Both the position numbers and the translations under genes were made by a program. Below the pieces are notes generated by a model. That model saw nothing but the letters and a program-made list of their open reading frames with translations, did no database searches and had not been told where the DNA came from. A DNA stretch of 63,193 bases, the filler included, from Rhabdomonas costata (Eukaryota): NCBI GenBank assembly GCA_019059605.1. It is 31 parts of 31 records of this genome, joined end to end, with 100 filler letters (N's around TTAATTAATTAA, not from the genome) between each part and the next. Parts side by side here need not be neighbours in the genome. Positions count along the whole stretch, not along the records: positions 1 to 1,947 come from JAHMHO010007117.1; positions 2,048 to 3,989 come from JAHMHO010007118.1; positions 4,090 to 6,023 come from JAHMHO010007119.1; positions 6,124 to 8,066 come from JAHMHO010007120.1; positions 8,167 to 10,106 come from JAHMHO010007121.1; 26 more parts are not named here. One strand, given 5' to 3'. Shown here piece by piece: positions 1-10,206 of this stretch. Positions within the stretch are counted from its first letter, which is position 1; each line of letters opens with the position of its first letter.

Positions 1-507
1 GTGGCATGGTATCAGAACCACCATCTTGGTTGCCCGATCCGTGACCGTCAACACCTCGTTCACCTCCAAGCCTTTACCAGAAAACTTCCACGGACCTGGC
101 GGCATGGAAACGAAATCCATCGATATAGATTCCCATTTCCTCACTGGCACCTCCAAAACCTTGGTGTGACATTTCGGCAAATGGTGCTCCGATTTGCATC
201 TCTGGCAAACATCACAAGTACGCACGTAAGCTCGTACCTTTTTTTTGATTTTCTTGAACGTGTACGTCCGCTTGATCATGGCGGCCGTCCTGGCCACTCC
301 CCAATGACCTGCTGCAGGTGAGTCGTGGTACCTGGAAATCACCTCTTGTTCTCTCTGGATTGGTACCACAATCTTCCCTGACTCCCAAAGTCTGCCATGG
401 TGCCACTTTGTCGGATCCAAAAGCTCCGCTGTAGTCAAGTTGAAGTACCTCTTCCTCACTACTGGGTCTAACCAGTAATCTGGCCACCAATCGTCTGGCT
501 CCTCCTC
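1..507 (-). mobile_element. Ty3/gypsy integrase fragment (HHCC zinc-binding domain and start of rve core), open frame running off the contig end
   Basis: Manual translation, absent from the ORF track: 169 codons with no stop, EEEPDDWWPDYWLDP...GKIVVP...YHDSPAAGHWGVARTAAMIKRTYTF...VRAYVRTCDVCQRCK...VPVRKWESISMDFV...VLTVTDRATKMVVLIPCH. Classic gypsy H..H..CxxC followed by W.SISMDF. Confidence 0.92.
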
Positions 508-712
508 TTAGGCTACCCTCAGGGGTGCACAGAGTGGTCCATCAAAGACATCAAAGACATCACTTACTAGCAGATGGTTGCGACATTCTCAACTATGTAC
601 TGAGCAACACTGGGAAGTACTTCAGCACTCAGTATCTTAGTCAGGGCTCTCCAAACAACACAAGCACGCTGTTGATTCTCCACTCTCAAACCACTAACGC
701 TGTGGGGCCTCA
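508..712 (-). repeat. Candidate 3' LTR (~205 bp) of the MTase-bearing element
   Basis: On the minus strand it starts TGAGGC and ends GCCTAA (imperfect terminal inverted repeat; GCCTCA expected). It is immediately preceded by a G-rich tract (GGGTGTGTGGGTGAGGGG, 713-730), and its end abuts the integrase frame exactly. No second LTR copy is in the window. Confidence 0.5.
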
Positions 713-1013
713 CCCCTCACCCACACACCCATGCACTCTGTCTCACCGCTGCTCAGGATGGTTGGCTCTCTCTCTCCGCTGTGGATTTGGCGCACCACGA
801 GCGCAGTACCTGGGTCTCGCTGTGGAAGTAGCTCGAGTGGATGAACTTCCACATCCTCTTCTTTAGGCAAGTTGTTCCTTGATTCTGAAATGGAAAACAA
901 AGGTACAAAAAAAACAGGACAAAGCACCGTCTGATAACACACACTCCACTCCTCTTACCCACTTGTGGATAACCCACTCTAACCTCCTATGTGGATAATC
1001 CAATGACTACACT

Positions 1014-1460
1014 CTACACTCCATCAATCTTTTTTCCAACCACGTAGGAAAACACCGTGGCCCACCACGGCCTTGGTCGAAGATTTTCTGTGGATCCTAA
1101 ATACAATCTCCCACTTCACATCTGGCATCTGATTGTCAAATGATACCAGGGGGCTTCAACCCACTCTGGTGTCACCAAAAGCAGCCGAGATCTTTCTCGA
1201 CAGGCCTTTGCCAAAACATGTTGAATGAGGCTCCATGGATGGTTGGCATACAGACACACATATGGGCTCCATCTGTAGACAAACGCATTGCAGACCATCG
1301 CCTCCACATCCATATCGTCAACTGTAAAATACCGCGGCAGCTGATGGTGCTTTGACGACGCAAACAAATCGACACAATGAGTCACCAACAAATTTTGCAC
1401 ATTGCTATGAATATCGTAGGTTCTAACTTCACTTCCTCTTTCGGCCCAAAATCTGGACGT
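1014..1460 (-). pseudogene. DIRS-type N6-adenine DNA methyltransferase (Dam-like) domain of a retrotransposon, degenerate
   Basis: EEVKLEPTIFIAMCK/NLLVTHCVDLFASSKHHQLPRYFT...AMVCNAFVYRWSPYVCLYANHPWSLIQHVLAKACRERSRLLLVTPEWVEAPWY...RPRPWWATVFSYV. It has the DLFAS, LPRY, AF..W, YANPPW-like and P.W...PWY motifs of the DIRS MT domain. One frameshift near 1400, one internal stop at 1116, and NPPW reads NHPW. Confidence 0.85.
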
Positions 1461-1947
1461 ATAGCATTTCCAGCAATGAGGCGCAACATCACCTCTCCAT
1501 ACATATCCTCTTGGGAGTTCTCCTCATCCGTCTCATTCTGTGAATAATCATCAAAATGGACTCGCAGCGTGTCAAGCGACCCCTCTGTGTGCCCTCATTC
1601 ACCAAGCTGTACGGACCTCCTATCCGTCTTTTCTTGCAACTCTCTGAAACGCTCCTCCATGCGTTCTCCACAAGCTCTGGATTCGGGGGAAACTTCAACC
1701 GTTTGCGGCTCCACGTACCGTCTCTCTCCGTACTCTCCTTTCCACAATTCTTCTTTGGCATCGTCCTGCCATAATGCTTCTGACCCATCCGCACTTACTT
1801 CCTCAAAATCTGGCTCTGGACAACGATGGTACTGCTCCGGTTCTACCGCTACAACCTCTTTACCTTTTGAAGCTCTTCGTCATCAAACTCTTCATCTTCC
1901 GCTTCCAGATCGTATTCCTCTGGTCTGGCTGGAACCTCCAAACTCTC
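1461..1947 (-). pseudogene. Acidic linker upstream of the MTase domain (retrotransposon polyprotein remnant)
   Basis: ESLEVPARPEEYDLEAEDEEFDDEE/...VEPEQYHRCPEP...VEPQTVEVSPESRACGERM...EDMYGEV, reading into the MTase. One frameshift and one stop. Homologous to 2900-3400. Confidence 0.75.
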
Positions 1948-2047
1948 NNNNNNNNNNNNNNNNNNNNNNNNNNNNNNNNNNNNNNNNNNNNTTAATTAAT
2001 TAANNNNNNNNNNNNNNNNNNNNNNNNNNNNNNNNNNNNNNNNNNNN
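1948..2047. other. Artificial contig spacer (first of 30 identical ones)
   Basis: 44 N + TTAATTAATTAA (stops in all six frames) + 44 N, recurring about every 2.04 kb through the window. Confidence 0.99.
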
Positions 2048-2720
2048 GACGGGAGTGTTCATGCTGAGTTGGAGGTGGTAGAGAAAGAAGGCAAGCAATG
2101 GGGGCATGGAGCGACGAGAAAAGACACTAACTCCGCCCTGTTAAAAGAAAAGACCTCTTTAAGCTTAGCATGTGAGCAATCCGTTAAGATGGGAGCAGAA
2201 TGTAGTGTGGAAGCCAGTGTGACTGTAACGCCGGATAAGCCGGTGTTGCAAGAGTTGCTAGAGGTTGTGCCGACTGAAGAAGATCAGCGTGCACTAGCAA
2301 GAGCGCAAGAGCCTAAGTGGAAGACGCGCAAAAAGTTGCGTAACTAGCCTAGAAGCGAAGTTTAGAAGCTGATTAAGGAGGTAAACCAAAGCATTTGTGG
2401 CCCCCTTTGCGCAGTGTGGCCGACTCCGCCAGAGATAGGAAATTGAATAAGGAGTTTGCAATAATATTTCCAGACAAGATGACGGGGGCTTACCGACAGC
2501 GAGGAAGACTTACCATCGCACTGATTTGAAGACGGACAGTAATGTCCCATAGCAGAGGTTGTATATGATGTCTCCAGTTGAAAATGAGGAGTTAAGCAGT
2601 TGAAATGCTTGCAATATTTGGGCTTTATAGATCCAGCTACATATCAGTATGGAGCAGGATTGTTGTTTGTTACGAAGGAGAATTGTAAGTTAAGGTTGTG
2701 TGTAGATTACCTCCGTTGAA
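2048..2720 (+). mobile_element. Degenerate Ty3/gypsy pre-RT region and N-terminal reverse transcriptase
   Basis: EDQRALARAQEPKWK...SICGPLCAVWPTPPEI...QRLYMMSPVENEEL...LGFIDPATYQYGAGLLFVTKENCKLRLCVDY, with several stops and frameshifts. Colinear with 11500-11990. Confidence 0.88.
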
Positions 2721-2724
2721 TGAT

Positions 2725-3989
2725 TCGAATGTAAAAACAGTGCAACCCAATGCTTCGTCATCTGTCTCATCCAACGCATAGTACCTCGGAAGCTGGTGAT
2801 GCAAACAAATCCACACACGGCGTAACCATCAAATTATAGCACATTGCCATAAAAATGGCAGGATCCATATTTACTTCCTCCTCTGGTCCAAAGCGTGGCA
2901 GAGGAATCTGCCCATACAACGTTGGCAATACACTTTACCGTAACGATCATCTCCACATACAACAGACAACTCGTGTCTGTCCTCTGACGGCTCTTCTTCT
3001 GTATCGCTGTGCGGACTCAGGGGTCCCTATCCATCATCTCCTGTCGTGGAACTCTCACTGACTCTCGCCATTTCTTGCAAACCTGCAACCATGCGTTTAC
3101 CCCAAGCTTTCGCTTCGGGCGACACGTCCGCTGCTACCTCTGGCTCCACTTCACGCACTTCACTACTGGATGTGATACCGCTAGCTTCCCTGATACACTC
3201 TAGCCACTTATGCAATTCTGGCGACACTCCATTAATCTGCTCCACACTTGGCTCTGGTTGTTTGTTATACTGTCCCGGATCATCTGCTTCGATCTACTCA
3301 TCTTAGTATTCCTCATCTGCAAGCTCTTCATCCTCCACACTTATGTCGTAATCCAACTGTCTTGATGGAATCGGCAAACACTCTACCGCTTCTGGTTCTC
3401 CACCTTCTTCACCATCTTATGCATCCAGCTCCTCTAAAACTTCATGATTTTCCACTGAACTACCTCCGCAAAACTGTTCTCCTTCTCCAACCAAGACTGG
3501 TCTTTCAGATTCTCGACCAGCTCCAAATTCTGTACTCCGTTCCATCTCCACCTTGACCTTGTCCGTCACTTCCATAACCTTCAGCACCATCTTCGTCGCC
3601 TTCCGGTAACTACAACACTAGCGTGTGCCCTCTTGGCAAATGATGATCTGCCTTGCAACGCTGACAAATGTTACAGGTACGGACGTAAGCCTTCACCTTC
3701 TTCTTTATGTTCCTGAACATGAAAATCCTCTTCAACATGGCTGCGGTCCTTGACACTCCACAATCGTTGTACTTAGAAATGACTTCTTTCTTCTTCTTCT
3801 TGTACGGCACAACAATCTTTCCTGCATCACAAATCCGCCAATGATGCCACTTAGTTGGGTACAGCAACTCCGATGTCGTTAAATTGAAATACTTCCTCCT
3901 AGTCGCTGGATACAACCAGTAGTCAGACCACCAGTCTTCTGTATCTACGTAATCCACTCTCATTGGCGCACAAAGTGACCCACCACCCC
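2725..3989 (-). mobile_element. Degenerate Ty3/gypsy pol 3' part: integrase zinc finger, core apparently deleted, acidic linker, N-terminal half of adenine MTase domain
   Basis: 3963-3610: EDWWSDYWLYP...GKIVVP...VKAYVRTCNICQRCKADHHLPRGH. Then an acidic tract, ECLPIPSRQLDYDISVEDEELADEE...VSPEAKAWGKRM. Then ~2900-2725: PRFGPEEEVNMDPAIFMAMCYNLMVTPCVDLFAS/HHQLPRYYALDETDDEALGCTVFTF. Confidence 0.85.
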
Positions 3990-4862
3990 NNNNNNNNNNN
4001 NNNNNNNNNNNNNNNNNNNNNNNNNNNNNNNNNTTAATTAATTAANNNNNNNNNNNNNNNNNNNNNNNNNNNNNNNNNNNNNNNNNNNNGTTGGTTGGGG
4101 AGCCTGTGCTGCGGCGTGACCCAATGTTCACGCCGGCGGCACTGCCCTTGTCGGAGCCAGCTCGGGTGCGAGGGGGGCCCGAGCCCTCCGCAGACCCCAC
4201 GTTGGCGCTGCTACCCCGCAGCAAGCCAGAGGCCACAGACTGTGGCAATGGTTCATATGGAAAAGAAAGTCAGCCAACAATGCACTATCGATGCCATAGG
4301 CCCACTTCCTTCTTTCAAGTCAGACATCGTTGATCCGAGGTTAGCCTGGAACTGCACTGCACTGCACTACAATCACCACCGCAGTTGGCAAGCATTCGAA
4401 TACAGCTGCATAATCCAGCACAAGGCTTCCATAGAAATGATACCGGTGTTTCAAACCTGGTCTCGAATCGCGGCACCAAGCACAACCTTAAATGTAGGAA
4501 ACGGGTCCCCTTCGCAGGCTCTAAGCTGACGTCATAACACACCACACACACACAATCTCTCTCTTCTGATGCAAGACGCCCCCCCCCAAAAAAAAACATT
4601 GCGTCCAAAAGCTACCAGCAAAATCGCGCACTCTGCATCTGCCTAACGTGCACTGGAGACAAAGTCTGTAGGCCCCAAACTTACCTGGGGAATGCTACTT
4701 TCGAGCCACACCTTAGAACAAAAAAAAACAGAATCTTCGTCGAGGAAGAGAATGCAGCTCGGAATACTGCCTCGCCCACCGGCCTGCTACTCACGGTCAG
4801 AAAAGTGCTCGAAACCGCCAAACCCACCCTCCCGTAACTGGAAGAAAAGAAGGTCAACACAC

Positions 4863-6023
4863 CTCCGCGTGCTTCGCCTCCACCAGCACCTCATCAGAGC
4901 CGTCCGAGGAGGCCCCGTCGTCGGGGCTACCACGGAGCTGCTGCAGAAGGGCCTGCGGGATATACCCCCGCACCTTGCGCAGGCTGTGCAGGATCATCAG
5001 GCACGACTGCTGCGTGGTGGTCGGGTCCTAAACAAATCCCGGCAAGCGATGTACGAGGGAGGAACCCAGAGCTGCCCGAAATGGCTCAGCCGAGCGACCC
5101 AAACTGCATCGGCATACAGGCCCCGGAATAGAAATTGAGCAGGGTGCAAGAATACCACGTCTCCGCGATACAACCACTCGAGTAGATTTCTCGATCAAAT
5201 TTCTAGCTTGTCATGACTTTATGTGGGGGAAGACGATGGGGGGGTGGCACATGACCTTATTTGGTGGAAGGCGATGGGAGGTATTGGGCTTCATTTGGGG
5301 GAAGGCGATGAAATTGGGAGAGGGTAGCCAGGCGAGCAATGTGCGCGTCGCGAAGCGGGGAGGAGAGCGGGTTCGCGTAGCGCACGTCTCTCGGGACCCT
5401 ACGTTGGGCTCGCTCCTCTCCGCTTCCCCGTTCCCGTTTCACACCGTGGATTCAACGGATGTCGAAAGCCTTTTGAGACAGCCGACCCATCCTCTCCTTG
5501 GACCCTAGCCACCTAACTGCACTGTACTTCACTGCATTCTAAGAGTTGTCTTCATTACCCCGTCGGAGGAAGGGAAAGGCCCATGTCTTGGGTCCAATGA
5601 AGGCGAATACATACTCATGGAGCATCTGAAACGAGAAAGCAAACGCAGAAATCATTTTCCTCCCCGCTTCACGACTCGCACGGAGGGAGCCGAACGTATC
5701 GTAGCGAGGCGTGCGCACCGCTCTCTCCCACCTCACACTGCATTCCACCAAATAACGTCACAACCCCCCAATCGCCTTCCCACAAATAAAGTCATTATGA
5801 ACAATTTAGAAATTCTTAATTTTAAAACGTGTCGGCAATTCGCTGGATATCGCATACCATCCTGCACACCGCACATCAAGAAAAGGGGGTAACACCAAAC
5901 GAAAATACTACAAAAACGTGCAATTAGCAGAATTCGACTGGGCGGATGTGCCTGAATTGTCTCCAGAAAGGCTAGCTTCTCCAAGTCAAACGTCGCAATG
6001 GCCGCGCTTAGCTCCACCAACCC
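4863..6023 (-). CDS. Spliced gene fragment resembling the pre-catalytic HAMP-like segment of euglenozoan receptor-type nucleotide cyclases
   Basis: Exons 6023-5952 (VELSAAIATFDLEKLAFLETIQ) and 5027-4863 (DPTTTQQSCLMILHSLRKVRGYIPQALLQQ...) join in phase 0 through a GC-AG intron. The AIA.FDL / L...R.YIP motif is recalled from this family; no catalytic domain is in the contig. Confidence 0.45.
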
Positions 6024-9000
6024 NNNNNNNNNNNNNNNNNNNNNNNNNNNNNNNNNNNNNNNNNNNNTTAATTAATTAANNNNNNNNNNNNNNNNNNNNN
6101 NNNNNNNNNNNNNNNNNNNNNNNGGGCTTCGTCCGCTCTTTAGCCCAAGCGGTTATACCATGGGATAAGGAGAAGCACAATAAGATTCCCGCTTGGGCTA
6201 AAGAGCGGACGAAGCCCCCATTGGGCCCCTCTGAGGTCCCCAGCGCTGAGGTTGCACGATGGATGAGGAAGCTGTGCCCTGATGGTGTGGGTGCTCGCTG
6301 AAAGATCATCTTTTTTGCATTCTTCCTTTAGGCGGTCGTCCTGGAGGTGGAAATTGATAGATCCGCATGACGATTCGGGTTGCATTCGTTAAAATGTTCT
6401 TTCTTAAGGGATACAAAAAACACACCTGAAAAATGCGGAGCAGAAAATGCTGCACATCGGTTGCAAGTGGGCTGGAAACTAATTCGGGATGGATCAGGAA
6501 GCTGTGCTCTGAAGTTGCGTGTGCTCCCCAAGCCCTTCAGCCCAGGGGCTTAGGGCGGGTGGTATGCGCCGGACCGAAACATCTACTTTACTGGCGGTTG
6601 GTAGTCCCACCCCGGAAGGTGAACATTTGCATTCATGACAAATATTTTTCTGTCACGGAAACACGCATCCCTGAGAAAAGCGGAGAATTGAGGGCAATGC
6701 CCTGGAAACCCGTGCCTTTGCTGGCAGTTCTGGATTTGCGCAATGGGTCGTTTTTGAGGTGACCACGGGAGGGCTATGTGCAAGCTGAACGAAGCAGCAG
6801 ACATGAGCTGAGTGCATGAGTGCAGTAGACATACATCTATTACACAACCAGTCGGCTGTTTTCGTGCTGTGCAGCCAGCGGGAAGGCGGAGAGGCCGTGG
6901 TTCCCGCACGACGAGCGGGGCCTGCTGTCGGCGCGGCAGATCTGCGAGAGCCGAGTGAGGAAGCTGCTGTCGGACTTCTCGCCGTTCCCTACCATCAAGC
7001 CCCGAGCGGCACGTCTGGCGTACCGGAACTTCCTGAGACCCTCAGGTTGATGGGCAGATGGCCATGCCATCTGCTACGTTACTGCATACTTTCCTTTCCT
7101 TCAGGAGGAAGTGGGATGATGACTTTGTTGGTATTGTTTGGGAGCAGCTGTGGCCTGGCCCATCTGTTTTGTTCTGGTTTGGTGTGAAGAGCGTGAATAG
7201 TCCGAAGGGCCTTTTTTTTACATACCGGCCGTTACCCAGCGACAGAGAGCTGCACCACAGCTGACCAGAGACTTCAGCCCACGCTGCTCACTACACAGCC
7301 TCTACGAGCTGAAGAGGGGACTCTCACCCCCTCTCACCCTCTTACTTAAATTAGTATAATCAAGTATCCAGCTCGTGAGGGACCTTACCTCCCGCGTCAT
7401 CACACGTTTCCACATCTAAGGCGAGAAAGCATTCCCTGGTGAGCGCCAGATGCAGCCTGAAAAGCTAGAGTATAAGTGAGGACCCACCGTTGCACAAAAA
7501 AATTGATGCCGATGTGTGGTTAAGCTCCGATACGATATCGTTCAACAACCTTTTCTTGTATTTAAATCTAACACCATCACATCAAAGCTATTCGATGATG
7601 CTGGTGAGGGTGCACAGGGGTGTCTGAGGGGCGCTTCGAGGGGTACACGTGGAGCCAGGACGGGGTGCGTATCCGGATCCACAACGGCACACTGTTCTTC
7701 CGCCCCATGCCACCGGACCGCGAGATGAGCATCCTCAGCCCGCGTAGCATGCAGGCTATGTGCGAAGGTGTGCCTTCAGCCTGGTCGGTCTCATTCTCGG
7801 TGTGGTCGTGGTGTCTGTTTATGTCAGAACACTTCAGTTTTCGCAGTGCAGCGGAGCGTGGACTGGTGCCGACCTGGTACGTGGATGATGGTCTGAGCCT
7901 CGACCCAGCAGCCCGGAACTGCCACCAATAGAAGATTAGGGCGCCCGCGTTTGTATCGCTGCGCACCCTGGGATTTCACCCACTTTTGATGCATGGGTTT
8001 TGCGACAAAGCGCGAACACTTTTTACCTTCAGACAGGATTTAATTCCCGGATGTAATCCCCAACACNNNNNNNNNNNNNNNNNNNNNNNNNNNNNNNNNN
8101 NNNNNNNNNNTTAATTAATTAANNNNNNNNNNNNNNNNNNNNNNNNNNNNNNNNNNNNNNNNNNNNGTGGGGTGGGGTTCACAGCAGAGCACAAAGCGCA
8201 AGGCATCACCTTTCCAGTGGAGAACCAGGACTTCTCCCTGCTCACTGTGAGCCGTGGGAGAAGTCCTGGTTCTCCACTGGAAAGGTGATGCCTTGCGCTT
8301 TGTGTTCTGCTGTGAACCCCACCTCACTCCCACCTGGAAAAGACGCCGAGGTGATGTAAGATGTTCTCCCAAGAGGTGCAATTTATCGTACGCATACCAT
8401 GCGTATTCAGACATATATGCGTAAACCGGCCCGCAACTTTTTTAGGCAGGATGCGTCTTCATTGTGTCTGTATGTGGATGTCCGTGTGCGTTACACCACC
8501 GGCATATATCGATAAATACTTGACGCCGCGTTTTTGGCGGCTGTTCACGTTTTCGTGCTTTTCCAATGCGCACAGCGCCCTGCTGTATTTCGATCATACC
8601 ACACACGCTTCCTCGCCTTCCACGCCTTGTTCTCTCACAATACCTCAGATGCCAAAATCTCATATTTGCATGCACGTGTCCCTTGTCTTGTGTTATGTAT
8701 CCTTCTCAGTTTTCTATGTGAGGGCGGACAAATCCAAATTTTCGAGTCTCATTGTGTGTGTGAAGTATGGAGGACGATCTCTCATGGTAGAACTGGAGAC
8801 CTTCTGGATATTCTGCTCGCTCCCATTATAACACGTTGCTATAATATGGGGGTTCTCGCGACCATGATAGGCAATGTAAATTGCCTTCTGTCGATGACTC
8901 ACTTCCAAAAATTAAAAAGCCACACATATGATCATAAATAATCCGTACAGTTCATGAGTCAGTGGCGCAATGGTGGTGTGTATGGGACAGCGTTTTGTCA

Positions 9001-10206
9001 ATGAGTCACAGTACATAATTGTTGTCGAGTTCCATCGTGGTAATTTCTTTGGTAAGGTTGTTCTCACCCAACTTTGGATACCTAATCTTTTTTCTCCATT
9101 TCGATTTCTTCGCAGATGATAATACTTCTGCACAGGACTGTGTTTCTTACGTCCTCTTACCCTCTTCCTCCATCACAGTGCGTCCCCATTCAGCTGCCCC
9201 TGCACACCGAGCAAAATGGAAGATTTCGCGCAGGTGCATCCTTCTTGACGACTTCTTCTTCTCTTTCTCTATCTTCGGGAGTGTCCATTAAAACCCAAAT
9301 CTCCCAATCATTTTTGTATCCAATAACCTACCTTCGGGATAGTTTTCACGTTTAGGTGCACCCAAGATGAGATTGTAGGATTCCGGATGAGAGCCGCCCC
9401 CCCCCCAAAAAAACACGCTAGTAAGAACTACCGGATTGTTTTGTGCGTGCCTTCACCGGTTCCAGTTTCCGTTAAGTTAGGCTAAGTCAAGTGCACCCAC
9501 AAAGAGAATAAACAAATGCTTCACAGTGGCCACCTTGCTTAAAGCTGTCTTCCCACCCGAGCACAGTCTGTAGCATTCAGCATCCATTTGCCACACCCAA
9601 ATCGATCCCTGGGATCCATTTGCCACACCCAAATCGATTCCTTTTGCGCTCACTAGCCTTGGCATTTTCCAAATTACTTGTATTTTGTATTTCGTGTTTT
9701 ATCTGCACATGTACGATGGGGTGGGGCTTCAGGAGGCGAGGGGTCCGACCTGTCCACGGTGGAGGACGTTCGTTGGGGTGTCCGGGAGGAGGTCTCCAGA
9801 ACCGCAGCTGTGGAGGAGGCCGGCGAGCGGCGATTCCGTTGGAGCGCACGGCGAGCCCGGCCGTCCATGTCTCATTGAATGTTTGCATCATGTCTGTGGT
9901 TGCCTGTTGCTTTGTCTCACTGTAACCTGTCGAAGATTGGTTCCCGCGGCTCGCCATCACCTTTCCACATCCTGTGTTTGCGGATATCCATTCCCAGACA
10001 TTACCAAAAAGGATAAGATGCGAAGGATCCCTTTGTTTCTAATGGAGTCATGGCGAACCGCGGGAACCAATCTTCGACAGGTTACAGTGAGACAAAACAA
10101 CACGCANNNNNNNNNNNNNNNNNNNNNNNNNNNNNNNNNNNNNNNNNNNNTTAATTAATTAANNNNNNNNNNNNNNNNNNNNNNNNNNNNNNNNNNNNNN
10201 NNNNNN

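Noticed and set aside
2700-2740. Head-to-head junction of RT (+) and MTase (-) read as an antisense gene arrangement
   Set aside because: Both domains are truncated at the junction. An inversion, nested decay or amplification chimera explains it better than a designed architecture.
8167-8330. Long near-perfect hairpins at contig ends (also ~6124-6218, 9900-10106, 11968-12151, 18392-18480, 22215-22375, 34450-34620, 44703-44820, 61253-61320)
   Set aside because: Each has one arm at the contig terminus and copies arbitrary local sequence, including RT and Helitron coding sequence. This is typical of fold-back chimeras from amplification or library preparation, not pre-miRNAs, TIRs or hairpin telomeres.
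9580-9640. ~27-bp direct repeats with a short spacer (also 39553-39611)
   Set aside because: Only two units, eukaryotic context and no cas genes. These are simple local duplications, not CRISPR.
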